A DNA stretch of 64,000 nt from an uncultured Chlamydiae bacterium (GCA_963828125.1 CAWHDP010000002.1:928001-992000), one strand, 5' to 3'. Counted from the first letter of the stretch, positions 50,075-59,828 are shown. Program-made: numbers and translations. Notes: generated by a model from the letters alone, not told the origin.

Positions 50075-50368
50075 TCCACGAAGACTCAGCCCTATTGCTG
50101 GGCTAAGGTCAGAATCATTCGAGATGACAACAGAGACAATCTTGAGCGCCTTAATGTAGGTCTTTTGTGCTTGCAGAACTGGAGCTGCTACGTGGTCAGC
50201 ATATGCTGTAAAATAAAATACTTCATCGAGCTGTTCTGTAGACGTGTTAATGAAAATCGCAGCAAGAGCTTTAACATTAAGCCATTTTAACTCTGGGCGA
50301 CGAAGACTTGCAATTGCATGGTAAAGATTGAATCCATCGATAAGGGCAATAGTGCTATGAAGTGACAC
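50075..50368 (-). pseudogene. NYN-domain gene with internal deletion
   Basis: IDGFNLYHA...LKWLN...ALKIVS fused directly to ISNDSDLSPAI. Confidence 0.8.
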
Positions 50369-50378
50369 GAGAACCCCA

Positions 50379-50486
50379 GACAAAACAGACCACGGGTTTA
50401 TGGCCCGTGGCTTTCTCATGCGGTCCCCAAGGGATACTCATGAGGGACGATAAGGTTATCGTACTCGGCTATAGAATTTTTTGCAA
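50379..50486 (-). promoter_or_regulatory. Sigma70-type promoter and structured leader of the NYN pseudogene
   Basis: TTGCAA-17-TACGAT; leader ends gccacggg-ccataaa-cccgtggt-ctgttttgt. Confidence 0.6.
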
Positions 50487-50538
50487 AGAATGATTTCTAC
50501 AGATTTGCAGCAACTTGCTGCAAAATTCTAGGTTCTTG

Positions 50539-51838
50539 CAGGGCGATTTAACTAAAATTTTTTGATAACAGATCTGGTAACATGGCATAGTAAATACCTC
50601 ATATTTAAGGAGGTCCTATGTCACGACGTAAACCGATTGATGCCAAAATCCTAGAAGCCAGTAAGGAATTCGACGCGCATATATTTGCAGAGACTGTCAA
50701 GGGGTCGTTTTTCGATTTCCCTGATTATCGACGCAACCAAAAACGAGTCTTGTACCCCGTTTGGTACCTATCCCTTGTGATTCTCTGCGGGTTCTTTTGC
50801 GGATGCAATACTATCGAGGAAATTGCCGAATATGCCCATCTACAAGAGGAATGGTTTGCCTCGCTACTAGGAGAACCGGTTTCAGCTCCTTCCCATGGAT
50901 CGCTTTGGTGGTTTTTAGTCAAAACACCCCCGAACGCTCTCAAGAGCTATTTACAAAAATGGTTCAGTAAAATTCCTAGTTCATTGCGCGATCAACTGTT
51001 GGCGATCGACGGCAAAAGACTGAGGGGGGCTAATTTTTTGGGCCGCATTACCCATGTAGTAGAGTTGTTCGCTGCAGAAGATCGTCTATGTCTTGCCGCA
51101 GAAAAAGTCCCCGATAAAACGGTCGAGAAGAGCACACTGCCAATTATTTTGGAGCAGGTGGATGTAGAAGGTGCGATTATTTCGGGCGATGCTCATTTTA
51201 CCGTACCTGAATCAGCAGCAAAAATCGTTGATGCAAAAGCAGATTATCTGTTGGCTGTTAAAGAAAACCAGCCCACTCTTTGCGCTGAGTTGGAAAATTT
51301 TTTCGATCAGGCACATGCAGCCGAATGGGAGGAAGTCTCACATTCATTTTACCAGGAAGTCGAAAAAGGTCATGGTCGAATCGATATTCGAGAAGTACAA
51401 GTCGTAGAGGACTTGGATTGGCTGCCTAATGTTGACAGATGGAAGAACTTGGTCTGCCTGGTCGAAGTACGATCCACAAGGCAAAAAACCGGATCAACCG
51501 CAAGCGAGACGTTAAGACGGCTGTATATTTCGAGTCGTCGAGCATCTGCCAAGCATTTTGCTAAGTGGACCAGGCAGCATTGGCACGTAGAAAACAATTG
51601 CCATTGGGTAGCTGATGTGATCTTTAGAGAGGATGATGTGTTGATGGACAGAGGAAATAGCGCAGAAAATTTGGGGTTGTTTCGTCGCTTAGCTATGAAT
51701 ATGGCTGCAGTTGCAGATCCGGATAGAGGGCTTGCCTCTGTGAGACGAGCAGCGACTTTCGGTAGCGGATATCTGAAAGGAATATTGGCAAGATTTTTCT
51801 GTTCAGGCGTATCAAAAAATTTTAGTTAAATCGCCCTG
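50539..51838 (+). mobile_element. ISAs1 family IS
   Basis: 29-bp perfect IR CAGGGCGATTTAACTAAAATTTTTTGATA; 10-bp TSD TAGGTTCTTG. Confidence 0.96.
50618..51829 (+). CDS. ISAs1 transposase
   Basis: AIDGKRLRG; DA; VKENQP; EKGHGRID; RQHWHVEN..HW..DV.FRED. Confidence 0.95.
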   Translation: MSRRKPIDAKILEASKEFDAHIFAETVKGSFFDFPDYRRNQKRVLYPVWYLSLVILCGFFCGCNTIEEIAEYAHLQEEWFASLLGEPVSAPSHGSLWWFLVKTPPNALKSYLQKWFSKIPSSLRDQLLAIDGKRLRGANFLGRITHVVELFAAEDRLCLAAEKVPDKTVEKSTLPIILEQVDVEGAIISGDAHFTVPESAAKIVDAKADYLLAVKENQPTLCAELENFFDQAHAAEWEEVSHSFYQEVEKGHGRIDIREVQVVEDLDWLPNVDRWKNLVCLVEVRSTRQKTGSTASETLRRLYISSRRASAKHFAKWTRQHWHVENNCHWVADVIFREDDVLMDRGNSAENLGLFRRLAMNMAAVADPDRGLASVRRAATFGSGYLKGILARFFCSGVSKNFS

Positions 51839-51949
51839 TAGGTTCTTGCCAGTTCTGAAATGGTTAAAGAATGAAGGTTTTTGAGTTTTCTTCTTCAGAA
51901 CGAGTGGATGATGAGTGTAAGTTTTTGGTTATAAGTTGAGTGCGTATTT

Positions 51950-52005
51950 AAAAGAGGGTTGGATGCGAGGGGCATCCAACCAATTGGAGGTGGAGAGAAT
52001 CGAAC
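51950..52005 (-). other. Inverted att-like copy of tmRNA 3' end plus terminator
   Basis: 51984-52005 is the exact reverse complement of 22018-22039 (22 bp), followed on the minus strand by hairpin ggttggatgc/gcatccaacc and ctctttt. Confidence 0.9.
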
Positions 52006-52125
52006 AGGGACAGTCACAAGCTTATTTTCAATGACCGAGTTTTGTTGGTTTCACCTACTAAAATCGTCTAAAAAAGCATTTCAAAAAGATCGTCACGCAG
52101 CCCATGTTTACGCACTTTTTACGCA

Positions 52126-52944
52126 CTAAGCCAAATGAACTGAGCGCAAAAAGGTTTGGACAACAGCTAAAAAACGCTCGGGCTGGTCATACGGAACCGC
52201 GTGACCGGCTTCCGCGATCTGCACGACCTCCAAGCGTTGATTGAGCCCAGCAAGTTCTACAGCCATTTCAAGAGTGACTATTGATCCAACATCACCGACG
52301 ACGAGCAGGCTCGGAAGGTCAAGAGTGTTGATCAGCTGCGCGTAGTCAGGGTATGACGGCGTCAAAACTTCGAAGGCACGAATGCTGGTTTGAAATCTTG
52401 CCTGCACGAATAGTTCGATGACCTCGTGTGAACGGCGGCTGTGTCGAACCCGCATCTCAGCCAAGAAATCCTCCTTTGGCCGATCGAGAACTCGGCGATG
52501 CTGATCCGCAACGTCACTCTCGTAAACTTCACGCTGACGTTGCGATGTCAAGAAGGGTGGATCGACCAAGACAAGCCCTCGCAGTTGCTTGGGGTTCCGA
52601 CTGGCGACCACAGCTGCCGTCATGCCTCCCATAGAATGGCCAAGTAGCACTGGGGTGGCGAATCCGAGCGCGTCGATAAGGCCCGCGAGATCGGCAGCGA
52701 GATCGTCATAGCGATAGCCGTGGTCTGGGGTGCCGGAGTTCCCGTGGCCCCGAGCATCCGGCATGACAACGTCATAATCGTTCTCCAACGCTCGTGCTAA
52801 AGGAGCCCAGCACGCTCCACTCAACATTAGCCCATGCAGCAGAACAACAGGGGGCTTGTCGCCACCGGTTCGAAGGTAGTGTACGTCAATCCCATTTGCT
52901 TTATAGATCCCCGTGGTCCAGCCAGCCATTGTTCTCTCTATCAA
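52126..52944 (-). CDS. Alpha/beta hydrolase
   Basis: LLHG; DARGHG; GHSMGG; AGH; visibly more GC-rich than its neighbours. Confidence 0.93.
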   Translation of the reverse strand: MIERTMAGWTTGIYKANGIDVHYLRTGGDKPPVVLLHGLMLSGACWAPLARALENDYDVVMPDARGHGNSGTPDHGYRYDDLAADLAGLIDALGFATPVLLGHSMGGMTAAVVASRNPKQLRGLVLVDPPFLTSQRQREVYESDVADQHRRVLDRPKEDFLAEMRVRHSRRSHEVIELFVQARFQTSIRAFEVLTPSYPDYAQLINTLDLPSLLVVGDVGSIVTLEMAVELAGLNQRLEVVQIAEAGHAVPYDQPERFLAVVQTFLRSVHLA

Positions 52945-53000
52945 TCAAAGACTCGGTTTATAGGAAAATAAAGCATTTATTTTCTAATTTAATTCCTTAA

Positions 53001-53543
53001 TCAGGATGGTTTTAGCCAGAGGTGCTGTTCTGTAAAGCCCTCGGCTAAGGCTTTTTGAAACCACTGTTTTGTGAAATGAGGTTCGAGTTTTTTCATTTTA
53101 GGGGAAAGTCCCTGTAGATTATTTAGCAAGTCTTCCACAGATAGGCCTCTTAAGCCAAGACTTAGAATTCCTAAAGCTTTAATAGCTGCTCGATCTGCTG
53201 TTGTGAAAAAAAGGTGTTGATATTCTTTCGATATCAGCATGGCAAACGCTTCAAGTTCTCCGGCATCCAGGGCGGAGATGAAATCATTAGATAGCCTTTT
53301 AGTCAGCTTGGCAAAGTCGGCAATTTCTGCATCAATACGGGTGATCTTGCCTTGATGGACCCAGTTGGATATTAAAAAAGGTTGCTTGCCCTTGTCAGAT
53401 GAAAAAAAGAACAGCTCATCTTCAATAACTGTTCCTGGTAAAAAAATCCGATATGCATTGCACAGGCGATCCCAATAGCCTTTCTCGTGAGCATCTATTA
53501 CTACTACAGTATCAACAAGTAAGTCCTTTAATTTCTTTGTCAT
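53001..53543 (-). CDS. PIN-like protein (putative toxin)
   Basis: LLVDTVVVID; LDAGELEA; TADRAA. Confidence 0.75.
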   Translation of the reverse strand: MTKKLKDLLVDTVVVIDAHEKGYWDRLCNAYRIFLPGTVIEDELFFFSSDKGKQPFLISNWVHQGKITRIDAEIADFAKLTKRLSNDFISALDAGELEAFAMLISKEYQHLFFTTADRAAIKALGILSLGLRGLSVEDLLNNLQGLSPKMKKLEPHFTKQWFQKALAEGFTEQHLWLKPS

Positions 53544-54675
53544 TTGTCAGACACAATCCTTTTTCCGCTAGATATTGATTCAGGTCTCGGAGCTTGACGC
53601 TAAGTATTTGGGCTAGCCTGGCTTTAGATAATCTCCCTTTTTCATAAGCTAAGTATGCCAATCGGATAAAGCGATTGCCTAGAGGAGGCGCAGATGCAAA
53701 TGCCTGTTTGAATACATCGTGATCCAGTTGTGAAAATTCAGGATCTCCGAGAGCTTGATCAACTGATTTAGAGGAGATAAATTTTAAATATCGTAATCTC
53801 AATAGCATGGCCTGTTTAGATACTTGGTATTTACCTGCTAAAGCAACTATGAATGAGTAGGTAAGTTTGTTCCCCCGAACATCTAAATCGATCATTTGTT
53901 GTGGCATGAGCAATGCTGCAGCAAAGGCGTCGGCTAGCTTTTCGTTTTTGTGAAATAATTCTTCGCTGGACTGTATTTGTGAAATTAATGACTCGTTCCA
54001 TGTGATAAGATGGAAAAGCTCGTGAGCTACATTAAATGTTTGCCTCCAGCGAGCCTCTTTTTCATTAATCATAACCACAGACCCATTGTCTTCTCGATAA
54101 CAGGCTGCTGAACCATCTTCTAAAGGGCGGCTAATCAATAGCACGCCATATTCTTCTTCCAAATATTTTATTAGCAATGCTCCTGGATAATCGCCTAAAT
54201 GAAACTCTCTGTGAATTTTTTCTGCTAGTTGGTTCGCCCAGTCGATGCTGGCAGAAGAAATATCGCAACATTCTCTGGGAAGAGTTTTCATTGGTGAGGA
54301 TGGAATGGCTACCAATCTTTCAACAAGGCAATAATTTTGATAATGTTGAATGAGATTGTGTTCTTCTTTTAGTGCGATGGTTGAATCGATTGCCTTTTTG
54401 CGCCAAAGTATGGTGGGATGCTTGGAGCATTCTTTTGGTTCTTTGGAATAAAAAGACTCTGGAGAAACATTCAAGATGGTTGCGAGCTTTAGCAGCTCGT
54501 GCATTTTAATATTTTGTTCTCCGCTTTCAATTGCTACTATAGAGGCATGACTTTTCCAGCCCATTAACTCAGCTAGGTCTTGTTGTGATAAACCGCGTTG
54601 TTCGCGGATCTCACGAATCCTTCTAGCGATATCCTGGTTTCTCATAGACTGATTCCCTTGATGTAGGTCAGACAT
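53512..54675 (-). CDS. XRE HTH + ImmA/IrrE metallopeptidase
   Basis: IREQRGLSQQDLA; RQTFNVAHELFH; EKLADAFAAALLMP. Confidence 0.92.
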   Translation of the reverse strand: MSDLHQGNQSMRNQDIARRIREIREQRGLSQQDLAELMGWKSHASIVAIESGEQNIKMHELLKLATILNVSPESFYSKEPKECSKHPTILWRKKAIDSTIALKEEHNLIQHYQNYCLVERLVAIPSSPMKTLPRECCDISSASIDWANQLAEKIHREFHLGDYPGALLIKYLEEEYGVLLISRPLEDGSAACYREDNGSVVMINEKEARWRQTFNVAHELFHLITWNESLISQIQSSEELFHKNEKLADAFAAALLMPQQMIDLDVRGNKLTYSFIVALAGKYQVSKQAMLLRLRYLKFISSKSVDQALGDPEFSQLDHDVFKQAFASAPPLGNRFIRLAYLAYEKGRLSKARLAQILSVKLRDLNQYLAEKGLCLTNDKEIKGLTC

Positions 54676-54913
54676 TCTGACACAATTGGCTTTTAGATTC
54701 TATATTTTTTATACCATTTTGTCGGGTTTTCTAACACGCATCTGTTAATAATTTTTGTAATCATCTGATAGTTAGGTTGTTGTGCTGAATTTATAAAGTT
54801 AAATTTTTTACTTGTCTCAGGTAGCCGTTGACCTGTAAACAAATTATTACATCTGCGTAATTTCTGCGTAATCGACGTTTGAATTCACACTAACCGACTA
54901 ATAGTTAATTGTT

Positions 54914-55454
54914 TTGAGTTCACTAGACGACATTCGAGGAACGGTCAGATCTATGCGCGCGGTCAAAACGGAAAACCTGATCAAATACCTGAATGTGAAA
55001 ATTCAGGGGTGGGTCAATTATTACCGTCACTGCGTGGCAAAAGCGACGTTTAACTACTTAGACAACAGCATATTCTGGATAGTTTGGAAGTGGGCCAAAA
55101 GGCGACATCAGAACAGGGGGGCATCCTGGATCCGGAAAAGGTATTACACTACCTTGGGACTCAGAAAGTGGTGCTTCTACTCGAAGATGAAAGCGGGAAA
55201 ACAAGAATCCCGTATTCTTCTCACTCTGGCACAACACACAAAGATCGAAAGACACGTGAAGGTCAGAGCGGAAGCTTCGCCGTATGATCCCGATTTTAAG
55301 GAATATTTCATAAAACGGGAAAGAGAAAAGATGAGAAAAAAAAATGATAGCCGGGTGATATGAGCCTTAAGAGAGGCTTGAGCCGTATGATGGGAAACTA
55401 TCACGTACGGTTCTTAGAGGAGGAAACTAGGGCAACCTAGTTTCCTTACTCAAC
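54914..55454 (+). mobile_element. 5'-truncated group II intron (maturase X domain, DV, DVI)
   Basis: LNVKIQGWVNYYRH...WKWAKRRH...SPYDPDF; GAGCCGTATGATGGGAAACTATCACGTACGGTTC; ends CTTACTCAAC. Confidence 0.9.
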
Positions 55455-55519
55455 TTTTTCCCATTTCGAAATATTAAAAGATTGTTGTAGCATCGTGCGC
55501 AGAAATTTTAGAGGTCCGG

Positions 55520-56644
55520 ATGAGAAGTTGCCTGTTACTTATGATAAGCCTATTTTTGACGACCCATGTCGCTAATGCCCAGGCAGAAAGCTGGCAAATT
55601 GGCCCCTTTATTCGTGTAGATGACGCCAATCCCATTATTAGACCAGATGAGAGTTCCGTTTTCCTCTGTCCCGTTCAAAATAAATTGGTGCATTGGGAGT
55701 GTGATCACACATTCAATCCAGCGGCAGTTGTGAAAGATGGGAAAGTCTATCTTTTCTATCGCGCCGAAGATGATTTTGGAGAGGGGATTGGCCAGCATAC
55801 TTCCCGCCTTGGAATAGCGGAGAGCGACGACGGCGTGCATTTCACACGGAAATCGGAACCTGTCCTTTACCCAAATGTGGATTCTCACCGTTCTTTCGAA
55901 TGGCCCGGCGGGTGCGAAGATCCTCGGATTGTGCAAAGAGAAGATGGAACCTATGTAATGACCTACACTCAGTGGACCTATCGTAACAAAGGGGTTCCCA
56001 ATGCGGCCCGCAATAAGCCCCTTCTTGGCATAGCCACGTCACGAGATCTTTTTCATTGGGAAAAGCAGGGATATGCTTTTGCTAATTCTCGAATGGAACC
56101 CTTCCATTCCAAATCAGGCTCTATTGTTTGTAAGCGGGTAGGAGACTCTTTAATTGCGGCGAAAATCAAAGACAAATATTGGATGTATTGGGGAGCAGGA
56201 CCCCTTTTTGGGGCTACTTCGGATGATCTCATTGCTTGGGAACCGATCGTCGATGAGTATGGGGATCTTCTACTTGTGTTGGATAAAAGACTGGGCAAGT
56301 TTGACAGTCGGCTGGTCGAGGCAGGCCCTCCTGCATTAATCACCGACAAAGGGATTCTTCTGCTCTACAATGGGAAAAATGCTGCCGTGGATGGAGATCC
56401 TACGATCAGCATAGGGGCTTATGCAGCGGGGCAAGTACTATTCGATTTAACCGACCCTACTCGTGTAATTATGAGGACGGATGAAAGCTTTTTTAAACCG
56501 GAAAGGGAGTATGAGAAAACGGGCCAATATAAAAATGGCACTGTTTTCATCGAAGGGTTAGTTCCTTTTCACGGGCGGTGGCTTCTCTACTATGGGACAG
56601 CGGATTCAGCAGTGGGTGTTGCCATTTGTGAGACAGTAGAATAA
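55520..56644 (+). CDS. GH130-family glycosidase/phosphorylase with signal peptide
   Basis: FNPAAV; YRAED; GCEDPRI; EAGPP; FIEGL; YYGTAD. Confidence 0.9.
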   Translation: MRSCLLLMISLFLTTHVANAQAESWQIGPFIRVDDANPIIRPDESSVFLCPVQNKLVHWECDHTFNPAAVVKDGKVYLFYRAEDDFGEGIGQHTSRLGIAESDDGVHFTRKSEPVLYPNVDSHRSFEWPGGCEDPRIVQREDGTYVMTYTQWTYRNKGVPNAARNKPLLGIATSRDLFHWEKQGYAFANSRMEPFHSKSGSIVCKRVGDSLIAAKIKDKYWMYWGAGPLFGATSDDLIAWEPIVDEYGDLLLVLDKRLGKFDSRLVEAGPPALITDKGILLLYNGKNAAVDGDPTISIGAYAAGQVLFDLTDPTRVIMRTDESFFKPEREYEKTGQYKNGTVFIEGLVPFHGRWLLYYGTADSAVGVAICETVE

Positions 56645-56692
56645 AAAAAGGCCCGGGGTTTTCCCGGGCCTTGTGTTTTGGAAGTGGAGAGA
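56643..56692 (-). other. Second inverted, degenerate tmRNA 3'-end copy plus bidirectional terminator
   Basis: 56676-56692 reverse complement TCTCTCCACTTCCAAAA matches 22025-22041 at 16/17; hairpin aaggcccggg/cccgggcctt. Confidence 0.7.
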
Positions 56693-56768
56693 CGCATTCA
56701 GAACGTTTTCCTCTCGAATTTACGCACTTTTTACGCATTTAAGTAATCTTTTGCAGACTCTAGCGACC

Positions 56769-57428
56769 CTATCTACCATCAGCATGGATTTTGATGTCCT
56801 TCATTTCTTGTATTTCGCATCGTCCATCAGAAATAACAAGTTTCAAAAATGCTGTGTTTTTCATTTGAATGCTGAGTATAGGGGTACAATCGATACCCAT
56901 TACATGAGCAAGAATACTTCTAATCACTCCCCCATGGGTAACGACAAGAATTGTAGCACCTGGATAATCGCCTGCAATTTTATGTAAAAAAGGAAAGGTT
57001 CTTTTTTGTATCTCTTCCTCGCTCTCTATCTCTATACCCAAGAAGGGTCGACCTTGCGCTTCATATTCTAAAAGTTCAGAGAACAGCCTACCTTCCCAGA
57101 GTCCAAAATTACGCTCGCGCAACGCAGAATCTGTCTTAATAGCAAGGCAACGGTTGCCATTCAGAATTTGTGCTGTTTCGATTGCACGTTGGAGATCGGA
57201 TGAAAAACAGGCTGTAAAATCAATTTTGTTCATTTCCTCGCTGAGTTGAAAAGCTTCTGCTATACCTGCACTATTTAAGGGAATATCTACATGACCTTGC
57301 AACTTTCCCTGGATATTCCAATCAGTCTGACCATGCCTTACAAGATATAATATTGTTTGTTCGGAGTGGAGGCCTGAACAGAAAAACAATCCTAATGAAA
57401 TAGCAATTAAAAAAAGAACGCGAGTCAT
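56769..57428 (-). CDS. Histidine phosphatase with signal peptide
   Basis: RHGQTDWN; SSDLQRA; THGG; MTRVLFLIAISLGLFFC. Confidence 0.9.
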   Translation of the reverse strand: MTRVLFLIAISLGLFFCSGLHSEQTILYLVRHGQTDWNIQGKLQGHVDIPLNSAGIAEAFQLSEEMNKIDFTACFSSDLQRAIETAQILNGNRCLAIKTDSALRERNFGLWEGRLFSELLEYEAQGRPFLGIEIESEEEIQKRTFPFLHKIAGDYPGATILVVTHGGVIRSILAHVMGIDCTPILSIQMKNTAFLKLVISDGRCEIQEMKDIKIHADGR

Positions 57429-57451
57429 CCCCTAACCTCTAAGTTATCCAT

Positions 57452-57552
57452 TCATTTATCTTTATTTATTCTTTTTATCTTCTGAGCTGGGATTGCACTG
57501 AACTCAGCCTCAATCTCATCAATGGTTGGCAGCTGCCCTTTGAATTTTTCAC
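57452..57552 (-). pseudogene. C-terminal remnant resembling DUF1016/YhcG proteins
   Basis: EKFKGQLPTIDEIEAEF. Confidence 0.4.
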
Positions 57553-57881
57553 TACCAGCTAACGCGCCTCTATTTCTTGCCTTCAACGACTTGCCCGATC
57601 CACGCAAACAGTAGGCGTGGTATTGAGATATTAAGCCATCTTTAAAAATTGCTCAAAAAATCTGGTAAGCTTTGGCCTACTCCTGGCAGATTATAATAGT
57701 AGGGACTATTTTGATGCAACTGCTCATAAAACTGAGGTAATCACCCCGAAGCGGGGCCCCGATTACCTCGATTTCATGGGCACTGTTTTTCACCGTCTAA
57801 TCTGTGTTCGTTGAATAAAAAATTTAGGTGATTGTTTTCTAAACATTTGCTATTGTATCCAGCCATACAAGGCATGCACAA

Positions 57882-59738
57882 ATGCAAGATTCCTCAAAAG
57901 TTCAAATTTCCTCTTCTCTTATCGATCAGCTTTCTAACGAAAACTTCCAACTCCGTCAACAAATTGATACAATGACCAATGCCTTGGCTGCACAAAAAGA
58001 ACTGATCCAGCAACTCAAAGATGAAATTGCTCGCCTCAAAGGACAGAAGCCAAAACCGGACATTCCCCCCAATAACCTGGAAGGGAAAAAGAACAAGCCC
58101 GATCTATATAAACGAATTAGCCTCATCGATGTCCACGAGATGCGCGTTTTGTTCATTTCACCCGCGCAATTCACAACGAGTTTTGATGTTTCATTGTCGT
58201 CTCGCGATTTTTTCATAATCACTTCACCTTTGTTGCAAGAACGAACAGTTGAACTTTCTCGATTAGCTAGACTGATGATCAAAAATATTAGGAGAATTGG
58301 AAAACCTGGGCAACCAAGAGGCAAGAAACGTAAAAAGAAAAAAACAGTACTAGAAATCCACACCAAATTGGAAATTCAGCCTGAAAATATTCCGGATGGC
58401 GCTAAATTCAAAGGTTATTGCCATTATACAGTGCAAGACATCCTCCTTAAACCACACAATATCCAATACAAATTGGCTCGATGGGAACTACCTGATGGCA
58501 CTTACGTAACAGGGCAACTCCCTAAAGATATCCATGGGCACTATGGCCCAGAATTGGTGACTTACATCCTTCACCAATACCATGCTTGCCGTGTTACAGA
58601 GCATCTTCTATTAGACCAGCTACGCGCTATCGATATTTTGATTTCCGCAGGCCAACTGAACAATATTTTAATTGAGAACAAGAACCCTTTCATTGAAGAA
58701 GCTGCAGAGCTAATGCTTGCTGCCACAAGTGTAGAAAACCAGGTGCAAGTGGACGATACAGGCGGTCGGCATAATGGGCAAAATCAGTACACAACGGTCA
58801 TAGGGAATCGTTGGTTCAGTATTTTTACAACGACAGAAAGTAAGAGCCGGAAAAATTTTCTCCAATTGCTTCAAAATGGAAAAGAAGAATATGTGATCAA
58901 TCAAGATACCCTGGAATATCTGTCACATGTGAACGTTGCTGAGTATCTGCCTGGCTATGTCTCTCTGTCCTTAAATAGCAAATTTGCAACACTCGCAGAA
59001 TGGGAGCAATTTTTAAGGGAACGTAATGTTACGAAGGAATCAGAAGTTCGTTTTCTCACAGAAGCAGCTTTGTATGCATCTGTGATACAAAATGGAATCT
59101 CACGCGAACTGGGTGTGCATAGTGATGATGCAGGGCAGTTTTATGTATTTCAACATTCGCTATGCTGGATTCATGAAGATAGGCACTATAGAAAGCTCCT
59201 CATGACAACTGACAAGTCTCGATCTGAATTGGAACAAGTCAGAGAGCAAATATGGGATATCTATCAAGACCTTAAAACCTATAAAGAATCACCCTCTCAA
59301 GAAGTTGCAGAGAGCATAAGCAAAAAATTTGATGCCATTTTTCAGCAGAAAACGTCCAGTCCTACCTTGAATCACCAACTGGAGAAAACTCGTGACAAAA
59401 AGCAAGAACTACTTATGGTTCTGCGGAGGCCGGAGACGCCTTTGCATAATAACAGTTCGGAAACATGTGCCCGTGCGGCAAAAATAAAGCTGAAAATTTC
59501 TGGGGGAACTCGTAGTGAAATGGGGCAGAAAGTTAGAGACACCTTTTTAAGTCTAAAACAGACATGCCGAAAACTCGAGATCAATTTTTTGTCCTTTTTA
59601 CAGGACAGAGTACGTGGGAAATATGCGATTCCTCGTTTAGCAACCGTGATTTTTGACCGAGCGCTAGCGGCTGCTGCAGACCCACCCGCACGAAACTCAA
59701 ATGAAGCTGTAGAACATTGTTTGCCTCTCGTTGGGTAA
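57882..59738 (+). CDS. IS66-like transposase (single-ORF type)
   Basis: N-terminal leucine zipper; HYGPEL; VDDTG; SDDAGQF; LCWIH; PLHNNSSE. Confidence 0.9.
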   Translation: MQDSSKVQISSSLIDQLSNENFQLRQQIDTMTNALAAQKELIQQLKDEIARLKGQKPKPDIPPNNLEGKKNKPDLYKRISLIDVHEMRVLFISPAQFTTSFDVSLSSRDFFIITSPLLQERTVELSRLARLMIKNIRRIGKPGQPRGKKRKKKKTVLEIHTKLEIQPENIPDGAKFKGYCHYTVQDILLKPHNIQYKLARWELPDGTYVTGQLPKDIHGHYGPELVTYILHQYHACRVTEHLLLDQLRAIDILISAGQLNNILIENKNPFIEEAAELMLAATSVENQVQVDDTGGRHNGQNQYTTVIGNRWFSIFTTTESKSRKNFLQLLQNGKEEYVINQDTLEYLSHVNVAEYLPGYVSLSLNSKFATLAEWEQFLRERNVTKESEVRFLTEAALYASVIQNGISRELGVHSDDAGQFYVFQHSLCWIHEDRHYRKLLMTTDKSRSELEQVREQIWDIYQDLKTYKESPSQEVAESISKKFDAIFQQKTSSPTLNHQLEKTRDKKQELLMVLRRPETPLHNNSSETCARAAKIKLKISGGTRSEMGQKVRDTFLSLKQTCRKLEINFLSFLQDRVRGKYAIPRLATVIFDRALAAAADPPARNSNEAVEHCLPLVG

Positions 59739-59828
59739 TTCGCTGCCAGGAGAAATCATATTGCAAGATGCTTGCCTCCTGGGCTAGAATAATCCAGTTT
59801 TAGCAAGCTTTCAGAAGCGAATTAGAAA

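Noticed and set aside
54914..55363. Retron, DGR or other novel RT system
   Set aside because: No RT catalytic domain; it is a maturase fragment followed by canonical DV/DVI
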